Positions 1 to 11,600 are shown, counted from the first letter of the whole stretch. The stretch: DNA of 51,001 bases, filler included, from Ginglymostoma cirratum (GCA_024137785.1; 2 parts of 2 records of this genome joined end to end with filler, not necessarily neighbours in it), one strand, 5' to 3'. Program-made: numbers and translations. The notes: generated from the letters alone by a model not told the origin.

Positions 1-188
1 AAACAATCAAAAATGTTCTTTCCATTATTCATATTGAAGTCACACATTAATATTTTCAATGAATTTTAAAATGGATATTGCCCACCAGAAATATTTGTCT
101 TAGAAAAGTTGCAGAATGCTGAACTTCCAATCCCTTTATGTATTTGAAAAACAAAAATCATAGTCACATTTTTTAACTTTCAACTCAC

Positions 189-241
189 CCAGAATGGTCA
201 GTTTAGACCCTTCACCAAAGAAATAATCATAGCTTCCAGAG
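189..241 (-). CDS. TRBJ: TCR beta J segment (SGSYDYFFGEGSKLTIL); coding part and donor intact, RSS split by a LINE
   Basis: FGEGS motif, phase-1 donor G|GTGAGT, perfect heptamer CACAGTG at 242-248 (+); no nonamer after 12 nt because CR1 sequence starts about 261. Confidence 0.9.
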
Positions 242-260
242 CACAGTGTTTCATTCATTT

Positions 261-870
261 TTAGCTTTCATTAATAGCGGGATTGAGTTCAAGAGCCGTG
301 AAGTTATGCCCCAGCTATACAAAAGCCTGGTTCGGCCACATCTGGAGTCTTGTGTCCAGTTCTGGTCACCTCATTACAGGAAAGATGTGGAAACATTGGA
401 AAAGGTGCAGAGGAGATTTACCAGGATGTTGCCTGGAATGGCGGGAAGGTCTTACGAGGAAAGGTTGAGGGAGCTAGGGCTTTTCTCTTTAGAAAGATGA
501 AGGATGAGAGGTGACTTGATAGAGGTGTACAAAATGATCAGAGGTATAGATAGAGTAGACAGCCAGAGACTTTTTCCTAGGGTGGAGGTAGCTTTTACAA
601 AGGGACATAGTTTTAAAGTGAAAGGAGGTAGATATCGGGGAGACATCAGAGGTAGATTCTTTACTCAGAGAGTGGTAGGGGCATGGAATGCATTGCCGGA
701 GAGGATAGTGGAGTTGGCCTCATTAGGGGCATTTAAGCGGCTATTAGATAGGCATGTGGATGATAGTATAAGGTAGCGGTGGAGGTTAGATAGACCTTAG
801 GTTTCGGTTAAAAGTTTGGCACAACATCGTGGGCCGAAGGGCTGTACTGTGCTGTACTGTTCTATGTCCT
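261..870 (+). mobile_element. CR1-type LINE 3' fragment (RT C-terminus plus tail)
   Basis: ORFs 246-500 and 504-776 (LYKSLVRPHLE.CVQFWSP; RGDLIEVYK..FFTQRVV..WN.LP), internal stop, GTTCTAT-type tail. Confidence 0.92.
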
Positions 871-1171
871 ATTCCGGTTACAAAACTGTTCCAGCTTCCA
901 AAGAATTGGGGAATTTTGGATTCGTAATAAAATTAGCCTTTTGATATCTCTCAGAATCCATATGGCAGGAAAAAAAGCTTTCTTTAAAATAGCTTTCCTT
1001 TTATACAATTCTACGATCAATGTTGACCCGTGTCTGTCTTTCAGGTCTGATCCATGTCCTAAATGCACTGAATGCAAAAGGTATTTCAGCAAAGAAATTA
1101 ACATCTTGACCCTCTTTCTTAGCAATTTTAACAGCACATTTTCCGAGTTAACCCAACATTTCTAGGGTCAC

Positions 1172-1221
1172 GTATTACAACCAATTTAGAGCCACTTCAA
1201 AAATAATATTGAGTTCCAGAA
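1172..1221 (-). pseudogene. TRBJ: TCR beta J pseudogene (SGTQYYF*SGSKLVVI)
   Basis: First Gly of FGxG is TGA (1197-1199); heptamer CACAGTG 1222-1228, 12-nt spacer, weak nonamer CAGAAAACA 1241-1249; donor C|GTGACC. Confidence 0.85.
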
Positions 1222-2575
1222 CACAGTGTGAGACCCTTTTCAGAAAACATCACAAGACAAAGTGTTTTTTTAAACCAGTCTTGCAATTGGCCACTGTTGA
1301 CTTGGATGATTGTTTATTTCATCTCATTAATTTTAATCCAATGCCACATTAAAAAGGTAATAATTATAAAGCAGAAAAGGAGACCTATAAGTCAATAAAA
1401 CTTCTAAAGACACAATCAACTAATTTCACTCACCTCTCTTCTTTCTGCATAGCCTTGTAAATATTTTTCAATAAATCATTTTTATATCCAGTTTCCATTA
1501 AGCAAGCTTCCACCACAACACATTCCATATCAATTCAATGTCCTCCATGAGAAATGACTCTGCTAGGTCTTTTACCAATTAGCGCAAAATCAGTATCATT
1601 GGTCACCGGCCATTCTGCCACAGTAAGCTTTCTGATTGTTTACGCAAGATCTTAATTAGTTTTGAAAATGTTGATTAAACCCCCAGTTGTCCCTTACTGA
1701 TCTGTAGAGAATTATAGCAAATTTCAGGTCCACACAGTTGTCTCATGTCTGGTACCATTTTAGTAAATCATTACTGTTCCATATCCAAGGCTTGAAAAAC
1801 AATCTAATGCATTTTGTTCAAAAGTGAACACATTTCATCAGCTGTGACCCAACCACTGATTCCTAAAAGTTGATCAAAATTTATTTTCTTAACTCATCTT
1901 AAATCCTCAATGAGTGACTTTCTGCACCCTCAATTCTTCCTTCCAAATATTTTGAGTATTTACTAACATCATTGTCCCTCCATCCCAGTCCCACGTTCTC
2001 TTGAACTTGCAATAGTACATACAAATTAGTCAATTCAAACTCTTGTATACTAGGCAGTTATCATCTATCAATTTCTACCTGGTCATTGACGCCTTTTTAA
2101 GAAATAATGGAAATTCCAGAAAGATTTGGGAACCTCACTCCAGCTATGATTAGCATTATTTTTATGTATTGGCATCAGCAACATTAAACTACAGGTGTTG
2201 AGTTGATGAGAAATGATTCGTCACAGTTTCTTGACACAACCTTACACAGTTGGATCATAAATTCTGAACCTTTAATTCTCCAGATACGCCTAAATAAGGT
2301 CATTTGTTCAATTGACTATAGTATTGCATTCATTCATTCTTTCAATGTTTACATTTTTCTTTCCATCTGTCTCTTTGCATTTCTGGCTGTCCACATTGAT
2401 CTTCATCTACCGCCGCCCAGACTTGCCCCAACATTTAGTTATTTTGTTTGCTGCTTCTTTAATGTAACAATTATTTGTCTTCCTGATTTCCTGACTTCCT
2501 CTCTTGCTTCCAACTGAAAAGAGCAAACTGTTTCACAGTTTCAATGCTTCTTGAGACTAAAAAGCAATAAGTTAC

Positions 2576-2627
2576 TCAAGACTGTTAACTTATTGCCATC
2601 ACCAATATGTGATAGTTGGGTACTTCC
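2576..2627 (-). pseudogene. TRBJ: Degenerate TCR beta J (GSTQLSHIGDGNKLTVL)
   Basis: IGDG..KLTVL, phase-1 donor A|GTAACT; nonamer-like TACAAAACA 2647-2655 but no CAC heptamer. Confidence 0.7.
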
Positions 2628-2885
2628 TTCTCCTACATCATTGTGTTACAAAACAAATAATCTAGTGTTCTGCCAATTTGAACAGCATCTCCCATTATTA
2701 TGTGACTTTAGTCTTCTTGAAGTTGACTTCAAACATTCTCAATACCATCTATCCACCTGTCGACCTGTTAGCCCTGCTAAATCTAGAATATTTTTCTCAA
2801 AATTCTTCATAACGTTTAATTTAATTCTACACTCAAGATTAATCAGGTGATCTTGGTTCCATCACACAAAAAAAGCCCAACTCGC

Positions 2886-2940
2886 ATAAAACCATTAGGA
2901 CTGACCCTTCTCCAAAATGTACTGGCTGAGTGTTCCCAAC
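2886..2940 (-). pseudogene. TRBJ: Degenerate TCR beta J (VGNTQPVHFGEGSVLMVL)
   Basis: HFGEGS motif; donor is GCGAGT (GC); heptamer CACTCTA 2941-2947 with poor nonamer. Confidence 0.75.
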
Positions 2941-4329
2941 CACTCTATACTTAACCGTAGTACCAAAATGCAACATAAGAAAATAGACATTCAAATATGC
3001 AAGTGATTGCACAGATTTCTAGACATGCATAAAAAGGAAGCAGAAGGAGAGATTTGCAGGCTAGTGGACAAACAGATACATAGAGGATTAAACGAATAAT
3101 GGATATTTGAACATTTATATGCTCACAAACTCATCAAAAATAATCAAATTAATCTCATATCTAAAGTGCGAAATATCAGCAAACACAGGACTAGAAGTCT
3201 CTATTAAAATATTTCACCACTCTCTTATACAGTTCCTTCAGAACAAGGGGGCAAACGTAGATGTGGAAACTTTGGCCCAACAAACAAAGCAACATAGGAA
3301 CTGTAAGATAGACTATTCAGCCCTTTGAGTTGCTGTGACCTTCCTTTCACACATCCTTTCTTCAGTATCTTTAAATATTCTTGGTGGCAAAAAAAACTAC
3401 CAATCTCAGCTTGAGAAGTTACAACTAACTCCCCAAGCCTCAGTACTTTCATTGAGCACAGGTGCCCAGATTTTAACATACTTCCAAAGTCATGAATTTC
3501 CTGACATCAGTATTGGACAGTCAAGCTTTAACATTAACGTTAATCTCCACTCTGCAAAATATCATCCCATGCTTTACTGTGAACTATGACAACAGAATAA
3601 ATAACTCATCTCTATCTGGCGGATCAATTGTTATAACATCTTAGGCACATCCATCAAACAAATCTATTATCTCTTGTGTCAGTCACAAACAAGTATATGC
3701 AAGCTGTCCGCAAATTTAATTCCAATGTCAACCTAGTAAATGTTGACAAATCACTAGAAATCTGTCCTAGAATTTTAGTTGATATTCCACATGTCTCTCA
3801 ATATAATTATAATTTGTAAACATTATTTTCAAATAAAACAAAGTATGCATTCTACACCATACCCCTCTTCTGTCACTTCCTAATCTATTAAAGATTTTAG
3901 ATCAATGGGAAATGCATGGAATAATAAAAATATCCACAACAGGAACCAGCCACTCCATCTTTCAGCCCCATGTCAGTGTCTCCTGCAAATCTCCTTATGC
4001 CATTCCACTACAATATGTCTCTGTTCCTTTCTCCCTCAAGTATATATCCAGATTCCACCTTAAATGCATCAACACTATTCACTTTAAAATATTTGATAGG
4101 ATAGCAAGCCTTAATGTATACAACAGGTCTTCGGTGAAGTCTCTCCTGAATTCCTGATTGGTTTTATTACCAGCTATTTTATATTTATAGCCTCCGAACA
4201 TGGTCTCAACAGCAAGTCAAAGTATGTTTTCTACTTAAACTATTTTGAAGCTCCTTTCATCATCTGAAAAAAGCTGTCAGGTTATTCCTCACCCTGCTAT
4301 TTTCCACAAAGTGAACTCACATAGTTGAG

Positions 4330-4670
4330 TGGTCTTTTTAAATTCATTCACAGTTTGAGGGCGTCACCAGATAGGACAATATTTATTGTCCATTCCTAGT
4401 TACCTCGAGGGCATTAACAGTCACCCACATTATTATGGGTCTGGAGTCACACGTAGGCCAGCCCAGGTAAAGGACATTAGTGAACTAGATGGGTTTTTCC
4501 TGACAATTGACAATGACTCATGGTCATCATGAAATTCCTAATAGCAGAGTTTTATTAAAATCACATTCCACCATCTGACATGGTGGGATTTCAACCCAAG
4601 TCCTCAGAACGTCACTCGGGTCTCTAGATTAATAGTCCAGCAATAATACCACTAGGGCATCATCTACCAG
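4330..4670 (-). mobile_element. SINE copy (DeuSINE/SacSINE1-like)
   Basis: Shares blocks CACTAATGTCCTT, AAATCCCACCA and GACTCCAG with copies at about 5830-6180, 43430-43575 and 48720-49050. Confidence 0.55.
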
Positions 4671-5238
4671 TTCAGGTGCAGGCATTGTTAATCTTTGTTA
4701 TGTTTAAAAATTTATCCAATGTCTCTACAGTGGTACAGGTGACTAAAATTACAATATTTAAAAGACATTTAGACAGGTACATGGGTAGGAAGGGTTTCGT
4801 GGGATATGGGCCAAATGTAGGTAAATAGAACTAGTTCAATTGAGGAAATCTGGTTGGCATGGACAAGTTGGGCCAAAGGTCTATTTCTACGCTGTTTGAC
4901 TCTATGACTTTAAATATCGTATATTTACTGGAACTGCACATAGTCCAGTTGAATATGAAACTTTTTGTTGTATTGCCTTACATTCTTGTTCAACTCTCAG
5001 AGGCCAAATTCAATAATTCTGTCGTGCCAATGTTATTTCTATTTCTGTTTATTTTAGGGATCTTCAGTTATGTTGTCTCACAAGTTCCTTTCCTCCAGGG
5101 CAATGAATTAACACATCTTCCACTGTAAAAGTCATACTTATTTTACCAAGTTCCTGTATTTCAACTCCCTCAACCAAACCCTGCGTAAAGTTACGAATTT
5201 AAAAAACTTTCTCGAGCACAGGGAATGTAATCACTTAC

Positions 5239-5288
5239 CAAAAACGACCAGCTTCGTCCCATTTCCAAAATAAGCTTCTTTATTGAAG
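5239..5288 (-). CDS. TRBJ: TCR beta J segment, apparently functional (FNKEAYFGNGTKLVVF)
   Basis: EAYFGNGTKL; donor G|GTAAGT; 12-RSS: CACAGCA 5289-5295, 12 nt, AGCAAAACC 5308-5316. Confidence 0.95.
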
Positions 5289-5829
5289 CACAGCAGTACC
5301 AAGCTGTAGCAAAACCACACTCAAGTCTGTGTTGCTAAGTTTGTCCTGTTGAAGTTCCTAATATAGTTCCTGATTGGCCTTCGGGGACATAGGATAAGTG
5401 GTGACAATTCGCTGTTTAGATCCTCTTTCACTATTCAATTACATCATGGTTTATTGGTATCTCAAGTCCATTACCCCACCAGGATTATTTAACCCTTAAT
5501 ATCTTTGCCTAACAAACATTTACTAATTTTTTAGTTGAGATATTAAGTAGAGAGTCAATCTCAGGAGACTTATTGGAGCGATAGAATTCCAAATTTTCAC
5601 ATGCTTCCTCAAAATACCCTGTCTCTAATTTAAGATGCTGCAAACTCGTCCTTCCCTCTCCATCTAACTGAACAAAGGAATCAGTATCTTTGTATATAGG
5701 TTCTCAAGTTCTTTAATCAACTTAACACATTGATTATATCACCGCTTATTGTTTTATATATTTACTTAGACAATGCAACCAGTTCTGGTCATGTCACCCT
5801 CTTCATACAATAATATGCTTATTATCTTG

Positions 5830-6180
5830 TAGGAATGAGGTTACAAGTGGCATTTTCTCTGGACTAGTTTTGCAGAGAACCACATAATGTCTTGGAAACT
5901 TAGGTTTCAATCTGACCAGAGGTGATGACAGAATTTGAATTCAACAAAATCTGGAATTGGAAGTCTAGAGATGACCTGAATCCATTGTAGTAAAACAGCA
6001 TCTGGCTCACTAATGTCCTTTTAGGGAAGGAAAACTAATCTGCCCTCCAGGCCACAGCAATGTAGTTGACTCTTAAGTGAGTTACAGCCCTTACAGGGCT
6101 AGCAAGTCATCCAGGTACAAGGGCAAGTTGTTATTAGCAGTAAATGGTGACCTAGTAAGTCAGGTCGCAGGCCCCATCAA
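5830..6180 (+). mobile_element. SINE copy (DeuSINE/SacSINE1-like)
   Basis: GAATTTGAATTCAA..CTGGCTCACTAATGTCCTTT..CACAGCAATGTAGTTGACTCTTAA core, repeated elsewhere in the window. Confidence 0.55.
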
Positions 6181-6240
6181 TGTTTTTTTTCTAAAATCTT
6201 GACTTTACCCCTCATCATTTTTAATTGCATATTGTCATGG

Positions 6241-6386
6241 ATTCTGATCAATACTAGAACTGAAATAAATGTAGACTGACCTAAGACTGTTAACTTAGTC
6301 CCAGCACCAATTCACTTTGGCGCTGGGACTAAGTTAACAGTCTTAGGTCAGTCTACATTTATTTCAGTTCTGGTATTGATCAGAAT
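6241..6386. repeat. 70-bp inverted repeat with 6-nt loop, built from a J segment plus its intron
   Basis: Arms 6241-6310 and 6317-6386 are reverse complements with 2 mismatches; loop TTCACT. Confidence 0.95.
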
Positions 6387-6400
6387 GTTCACCTTATGTT
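6281..6400 (-). pseudogene. TRBJ: TCR beta J pseudogene disrupted by inverted duplication (reconstructs to T*GELHFGAGTKLTVL)
   Basis: GAGTKLTVL with donor G|GTCAGT on both strands; residual 12-RSS CACTATG 6401-6407, 12 nt, GCAAAAGTA 6420-6428. Confidence 0.85.
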
Positions 6401-6528
6401 CACTATGTTCACTTTACAGGCAAAAGTAAAAGAAACAAATATTGAATTAAAGAGAATGTGGAAGACTCGGCACATTAATCATCAATAAAGTATTAACAGA
6501 CACACTGGAAAAAAAATAGCTGACTTAC

Positions 6529-6576
6529 CAAGAACTGTTAATTTGGTGCCTGGCCCGAAATAATTGACTGCTGTAG
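6529..6576 (-). CDS. TRBJ: TCR beta J segment, apparently functional (TAVNYFGPGTKLTVL)
   Basis: YFGPGTKLTVL; donor G|GTAAGT; CACAGTG 6577-6583, 12 nt, ACAGACAGC 6596-6604. Confidence 0.93.
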
Positions 6577-7171
6577 CACAGTGACACTACCTGTCACAGA
6601 CAGCCTCAAAACAGTGTCACTTTTTAGTCTGCGTGGTGCCATTCTAAATAAATGACAGGGGTATCAACTGCATGAATCCCATTCTAATCTGCATGATTCC
6701 AGGTTAATCGATCGATGCTGCAATTACCTGTAAGTCATTGTTCTAATCTATTGGTTCCATGTTTACCTCCATGTTGATCTCTGCTGATCATTTTATTATC
6801 AACGGATTCTGAATGAGTGGGTACAATTATAATTTAATTGTATGGCTTGTTAAGCCTAAATTAAGATTACGTAGTTGTATTCTTGTATTGAACTGATTAC
6901 AACAATCACCCCCAACTATGCTGACCTTGCCCCAGGATGGACCAGACATCCTTCCCTTGTAAATCAGAAGAGAGAGTCAATGCCAACCCAGAAATTGAAT
7001 ATTGCTCCAAAGTGATAAATAGATGTTGTCATGGCATTACATTGAGTGTGTTTCTCAAGGTTATTGGCGCATTTCGAACAGTCTCTGACGTTTTAAAAAG
7101 TCCAGATCTGAAGAGGACTGTGAATGTATATCGCTAGGTAAGTATTTAGAGGCAGAAAGCCCATTTCTTAC

Positions 7172-7220
7172 CTGATACCGTTAATTTGGTGCCTGTCCCA
7201 AAGTAAGTTATTGACTCTAT
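7172..7220 (-). CDS. TRBJ: TCR beta J segment with non-canonical RSS (IESITYFGTGTKLTVS)
   Basis: YFGTGTKLTV; donor G|GTAAGA; heptamer CACATCA 7221-7227; best nonamer GCCAACACC 7242-7250 lies 14 nt away. Confidence 0.85.
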
Positions 7221-7652
7221 CACATCATCAGATCATATTAGGCCAACACCTTCGAGCAGTCATCTAAAAGTGGACTGTTGGCGCAATTAACAGTTACTGG
7301 TCAAGTCAAGATAGCACATAAAAGACAGTGGAACTCAAAAAAGGCTTTAAAACAGAGGAGACACATTCGAATTCCGTCAAGGAAGTTGCATCAAATGGCA
7401 ATGTAAGAAATGGCCAAGCGATTCTTTGCCAGGTTTGACAAGGAGAAAATACTGACAAGCAATGTGCTGGAGTTGGGATGAAGAGCGATCAATGTTCAGA
7501 AAAATTATGCAAAAATCGTGCATTTTGTTTCGTTAGAAGTGCCTTGCAGTTTCAATTGTCCTTTCGTGGTCCTTCACTGAAGCGCTTTAATTGAATTATG
7601 ATGACAGCTCCTTCACCTCGTTACCACTGCTCTTCTGTTGAGCTTGTTTCCA

Positions 7653-7691
7653 GGTTTTTGTACAGAGGTTGCATTGGATTTTATCATAGTG
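7653..7691 (-). promoter_or_regulatory. 3' 23-RSS of D-beta
   Basis: Minus strand: CACTATG, 23 nt, perfect ACAAAAACC. Confidence 0.95.
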
Positions 7692-7705
7692 GCCCCTGCT
7701 GTCCC
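7692..7705 (-). CDS. TRBD: TCR beta D segment GGGACAGCAGGGGC
   Basis: Flanked by 5' 12-RSS and 3' 23-RSS; resembles the conserved TRBD GGGACAGGGGGC; open in all three frames (GTAG, GQQG, DSRG). Confidence 0.95.
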
Positions 7706-7733
7706 CACGGTGAAATATTCTCATACAAAAAGA
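7706..7733 (-). promoter_or_regulatory. 5' 12-RSS of D-beta
   Basis: Read on plus strand: CACGGTG, 12 nt, ACAAAAAGA. Confidence 0.95.
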
Positions 7734-7790
7734 AAGTGAGGTATGAAAGGTATTTAAGAGACTGTTAAATGGCTCTGCCGGGCTTGAGTT

Positions 7791-7815
7791 TGTGATGTCA
7801 TTTGGGATTGACGTG
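7791..7815. promoter_or_regulatory. Candidate D-beta germline promoter, CRE-like sites
   Basis: GTGATGTCA (like the TCR beta promoter decamer AGTGATGTCA) and TGACGT about 60-80 nt upstream of the D 12-RSS. Confidence 0.45.
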
Positions 7816-8449
7816 CTGGCAATTGGTTAGATCATGGTGGACTCCACTAAACTCTTCTGTAACTTGATACGTAAGAATACGGGGAGGACTCATCAACAAT
7901 GACATAGCAACTTTAGGATTCCACGTAACACCAGAGCTCGTTAAAAACGGATCAGGAAACCAATAAACTGCATTTTAACTTGCAGTACAGGGATTTGAGG
8001 AAGTCATCCAACCAATGGAACTATTTGCATTGAGACTACAACAGGCTATTGAGCATCCTCAAACATATAAGAGGATATTCACTCACTTTTCTCTTCAGTT
8101 GCACAAAAACTGGAGAAGGCTATTCAACCTCATTCCATCTGTGGCACAGGAGTGGGAGGCCCATTTAACCACTGTAGTTTATTTTACATAAGAACAGCAG
8201 TCTAATATTTGTTTCATTCCTTCTAAAATGTACAGCACACTGAGAGGAACCTAGCATATTTTCTCAACCAGAAGACCCTTAATATCTACAGTAAATTATG
8301 CACATTGTGATCTCTTAAACTCATCAGTCAGAAGCCCCTTTTATTTCCTTCCCCAAAAGACATTAGTGAGCCAGATGGGGCAATGATTTCATGGCCATCA
8401 GTAGATTCTTAATTCCAGACCTTTTGGTTTTAAATGGAATTCTGATTTC

Positions 8450-8690
8450 ACAATAGTTGCTGGAAAATCTCAGCAATCTGGCAGCATCTGTGAAGAAAAA
8501 ATCAGAGTTAACATTTCGGGTCCGGTGACTCTTCCTCAGAACTGCAAGGCAGAGTTCAGAGGAAGGGTCACCGGACTCAAAACGTTTACTCTGATTTTTT
8601 TCTTCACAGATGCTGCTCAACTTACTGATCTTTTCCAACAACTTCTGTTTTTGTTCCCAATTTACAGCATCCGCAGATCTTTCGGTTTTG
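8450..8690. mobile_element. Penelope-derived palindromic short element, inserted in a SINE
   Basis: Inverted arms GTTGCTGGAAAATCTCAG..TCAGAACT and AGTTCAGAGGAAGGGTC..TTCCAACAAC; same family at about 13250, 17630, 23270, 41275 and 42790. Confidence 0.7.
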
Positions 8691-11600
8691 ATTTCACCGC
8701 AGCGGCATTCGAAACCCAGGCCTACAGAACATTAGCTGAGTTTTTGTATTAATAGACTAGCGACATTATCATGAGGCCATTGTCTCCCCTAACGTGTGCG
8801 ATACTGTTATCACTTCAACTGATCTTACTTCAAGCCAACCCGCTTCAGCATGCACCTGTTACTAACAGTAGCATCGAGAACTCTACCGTTTGTCTAGTGT
8901 CTTAAGGCGCTTGATCTTTGACTGGTGCAGCACAAAGCTTCAGGATGACTATGTCGAACTGTTTAGTGATAACTTCCAATGTTGAATTGAGGAATTGGAC
9001 ATGGATGCCAAATACTTGCAGAAAGGAGGTGGCGGCTGTGCAGAAGTAAGTGCATTATACTTCACAAAGATCGAAACGCTATTGATAAGAATTGTTAACC
9101 TTTGCACCGAGTTGAGGAAAGCCCTTATATAATCTACCCACTTTCAGAACCGGTGGCTACAATCGCGCTCAGTGCACTCAATGAAAACCAGAAACGCGAC
9201 CAAACTGAAATCTCAAAACCGCAGGGTGTAATGATGCAGATGCAGTCCTATTCCTATTATATAGTCCCTGTCACGAATGTAGTTCCGTTCCTTAATGAGA
9301 TGCTTAAATATTGAAATATACATGTGCCTCGGTGCCTACAATGTTCTATTTGCTTGTAATTGTAATATAATGAACGTAGTGCATGACACTTTCTTTAGCT
9401 TTGCATCCATTGTTCCTCTAATCGCTGTCGTATTAGTACATTGATGTAACTAAATCATGCTGACTTGATTTTACCTGATTTTGTACACTGATTTCTTACT
9501 CGATATTGAATATGACTGTCTATGTAACTAATACTGCAATTAATCTTCTGGAATGTTAACAAATTATTGAATAAAATACCATTAATATTGTATTTTCTCC
9601 ATTTGCGATATTAATATAAACCCATTATTCCACTGAGAAGATCTTCTAAGACTATAAAGGAATTTGGTTCAACAACATGTGTTTAATGCATTCCGGTCTG
9701 GTATCTATTTCATAGAAAGATGGCATTGGACGAGGTGCAAAAATGATTTTCAAAGACAGAAACTGAATGGTTGTACCTATCGGGAATCAAAATTCAGGTT
9801 GGTACACCTATTCGATGGAAGAGAGAAACTGTGGTGACGGAGAGTTTGTCAAATGGTTGGTTAATGTCGGCGTAGGGAAAGCGTTGAGACTCCAAAATTT
9901 GTAAATAAACATTGGTTAAAATAGTGAGTAAATCGGGAAACGATAAGAAACCATAGAGTGGTGAAAATATGGAACTCGCAATGTCAAGGTTTTGATTGGG
10001 CTAACATATAACAGGAGCTGAAATATATGCTGACAAGGTTGGAGGAAGTGCGTTGGCCGACGATGCAGCTGAGAACAAGCATAAGCATGCTCCAGGTACT
10101 ATAAACCTTTTATTTAATGCTTAAGGCTTATTCCCAAAATTGTTGTGTAGTGTAGCTGATTAGTGCCTACATACACGACCGAAGGGCAAGGTTGGGGGCG
10201 GGGTGAAACTGTAAAATTCATTGAAAAGTATCATGACTTTTGTTTTATTATTCTTGTGTGAGAGTCGGGCATCGTTGGCAAGGCCATTTGTTGTCTCCCT
10301 AGGCCAATTCAGACCATATTGCTCTAAGTCTACAGTCATGTAGGGACCAGACAAGGCAAGGATGGCAACTTTTCTTCCCCATAGGATATTAATGAACCAA
10401 ATGATCTTTATATGTATATTGACATTAGACAGTTTAAAATTCCAGTTGTTTTGCTACTGGAATAATCATGTCAGTTGTGAGGGTACTGAATGCCTGAGCA
10501 GACTGAATAAGATGAGTAGCCTATTCCTGCTTCTCACGTGTACATTCGTATCTTTGTATATTATTAAGTTAAATGACCTTTATGAAAGTAAGTTGTTGTT
10601 GAAGAATTCAGCAGCGACAAAGGACTTACAGTGGTTTTTGACAAAGCATCCACGATGGCTTCACAGATTTTTGGAAGATCTCAATCTGCCTTATCATGTT
10701 TACCTCAGAAATTGTTGTCTTATTCTTTTTAAATTAAGTAATGGAACATTCCGTCAAGGCATGCTCAACAAATGGTGTGAGTTTTCATCAATGTTAGAAC
10801 AGAGTGAATGAATCCTGTGAATGAATTAAAAATAAAGAATAGAGTGAATCTTTCAGTGAATTAGGACATGGGAGCCAAAACATTGGCACTGACTCTGAAA
10901 TCCTAACCAAAATCAATTAGCATTAACCTCGCAACTATTGAAGTGAGATTTATTTACTTACCGGCAAACATGTAATGAAATAGTTCATGTGATATTTGTC
11001 TATCTCAGAAAGATAAGTACAACCGGATATCTGAACAAAGAATGTGCATTTATGTTACATCTTTCGCATCCAGAAGGGTTTTACAGCAATGATTTACTTT
11101 GATGATTCTGTTCCACTTCAGGAGGCAGGCACGAATTGTGCACAGATGTTCCCACAAGCAAAACATTGATCGTTAGTCCGGAAATCTGATTTTAATAATG
11201 TTAGTTGAGGTGAAAATGTTGGCCCCAGAACAGCTGGCAGAATTCGTCCTGCTCATCATCTAATTGATGAGACACACTCTCTTCTGTTGGAGATGCCAGG
11301 TAGACTTTCAATTTAAGACCTTTTCCTAAATTAAATCACTTTGATGATGCACGAAGTACTGAGCTTTTGGTAGTGTAGTAATACAATCCTCTGACAGTGC
11401 TCCACCTCCTCGGCACTAATCAGCCATCAGTCAGGACTCCCTCAGTAATGCCTTACAACTGCGCAGGATTCTCTTGCTAGTGAACCACTCCTCAATAATC
11501 AGTCTTCTCACAGCACTGACATTGACAGTTCAGCACTGCCGCTCTGAAATAGAGCTCTCCATCAGTATTGAGCCTCCTACAATGCGGTACTTCAAATTTA

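Noticed and set aside
862-915. Minus-strand QFFGS.. resembling a J
   Set aside because: No heptamer, GxG out of frame; better explained as the displaced RSS flank of J 189-241
1045-1080. Plus-strand mini-exon-like SDPCPKCTECK between AG and GT
   Set aside because: No partner exons and opposite strand to the locus; probably chance
3170-3245. Possible further J relic (KYFNRD..LVL) with CACTCTC
   Set aside because: No GxG and needs a frameshift; too weak
6905-6960. LGQG plus GTGA donor resembling a J
   Set aside because: No Phe, no RSS, frameshifted
9020-9250. YFCTAA on the minus strand, possible V relic
   Set aside because: No recognisable first Cys or Trp and no RSS
10362-10811. 149-aa plus-strand ORF and other short ORFs in the track
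   Set aside because: Begin in or overlap repeats, with no domain motifs or splice support
10960-11005. Orphan leader-like exons with GTAAG donors (also about 23811-23861 and 38260-38301)
   Set aside because: Wrong splice phase or internal stop, and no V exon at a typical distance
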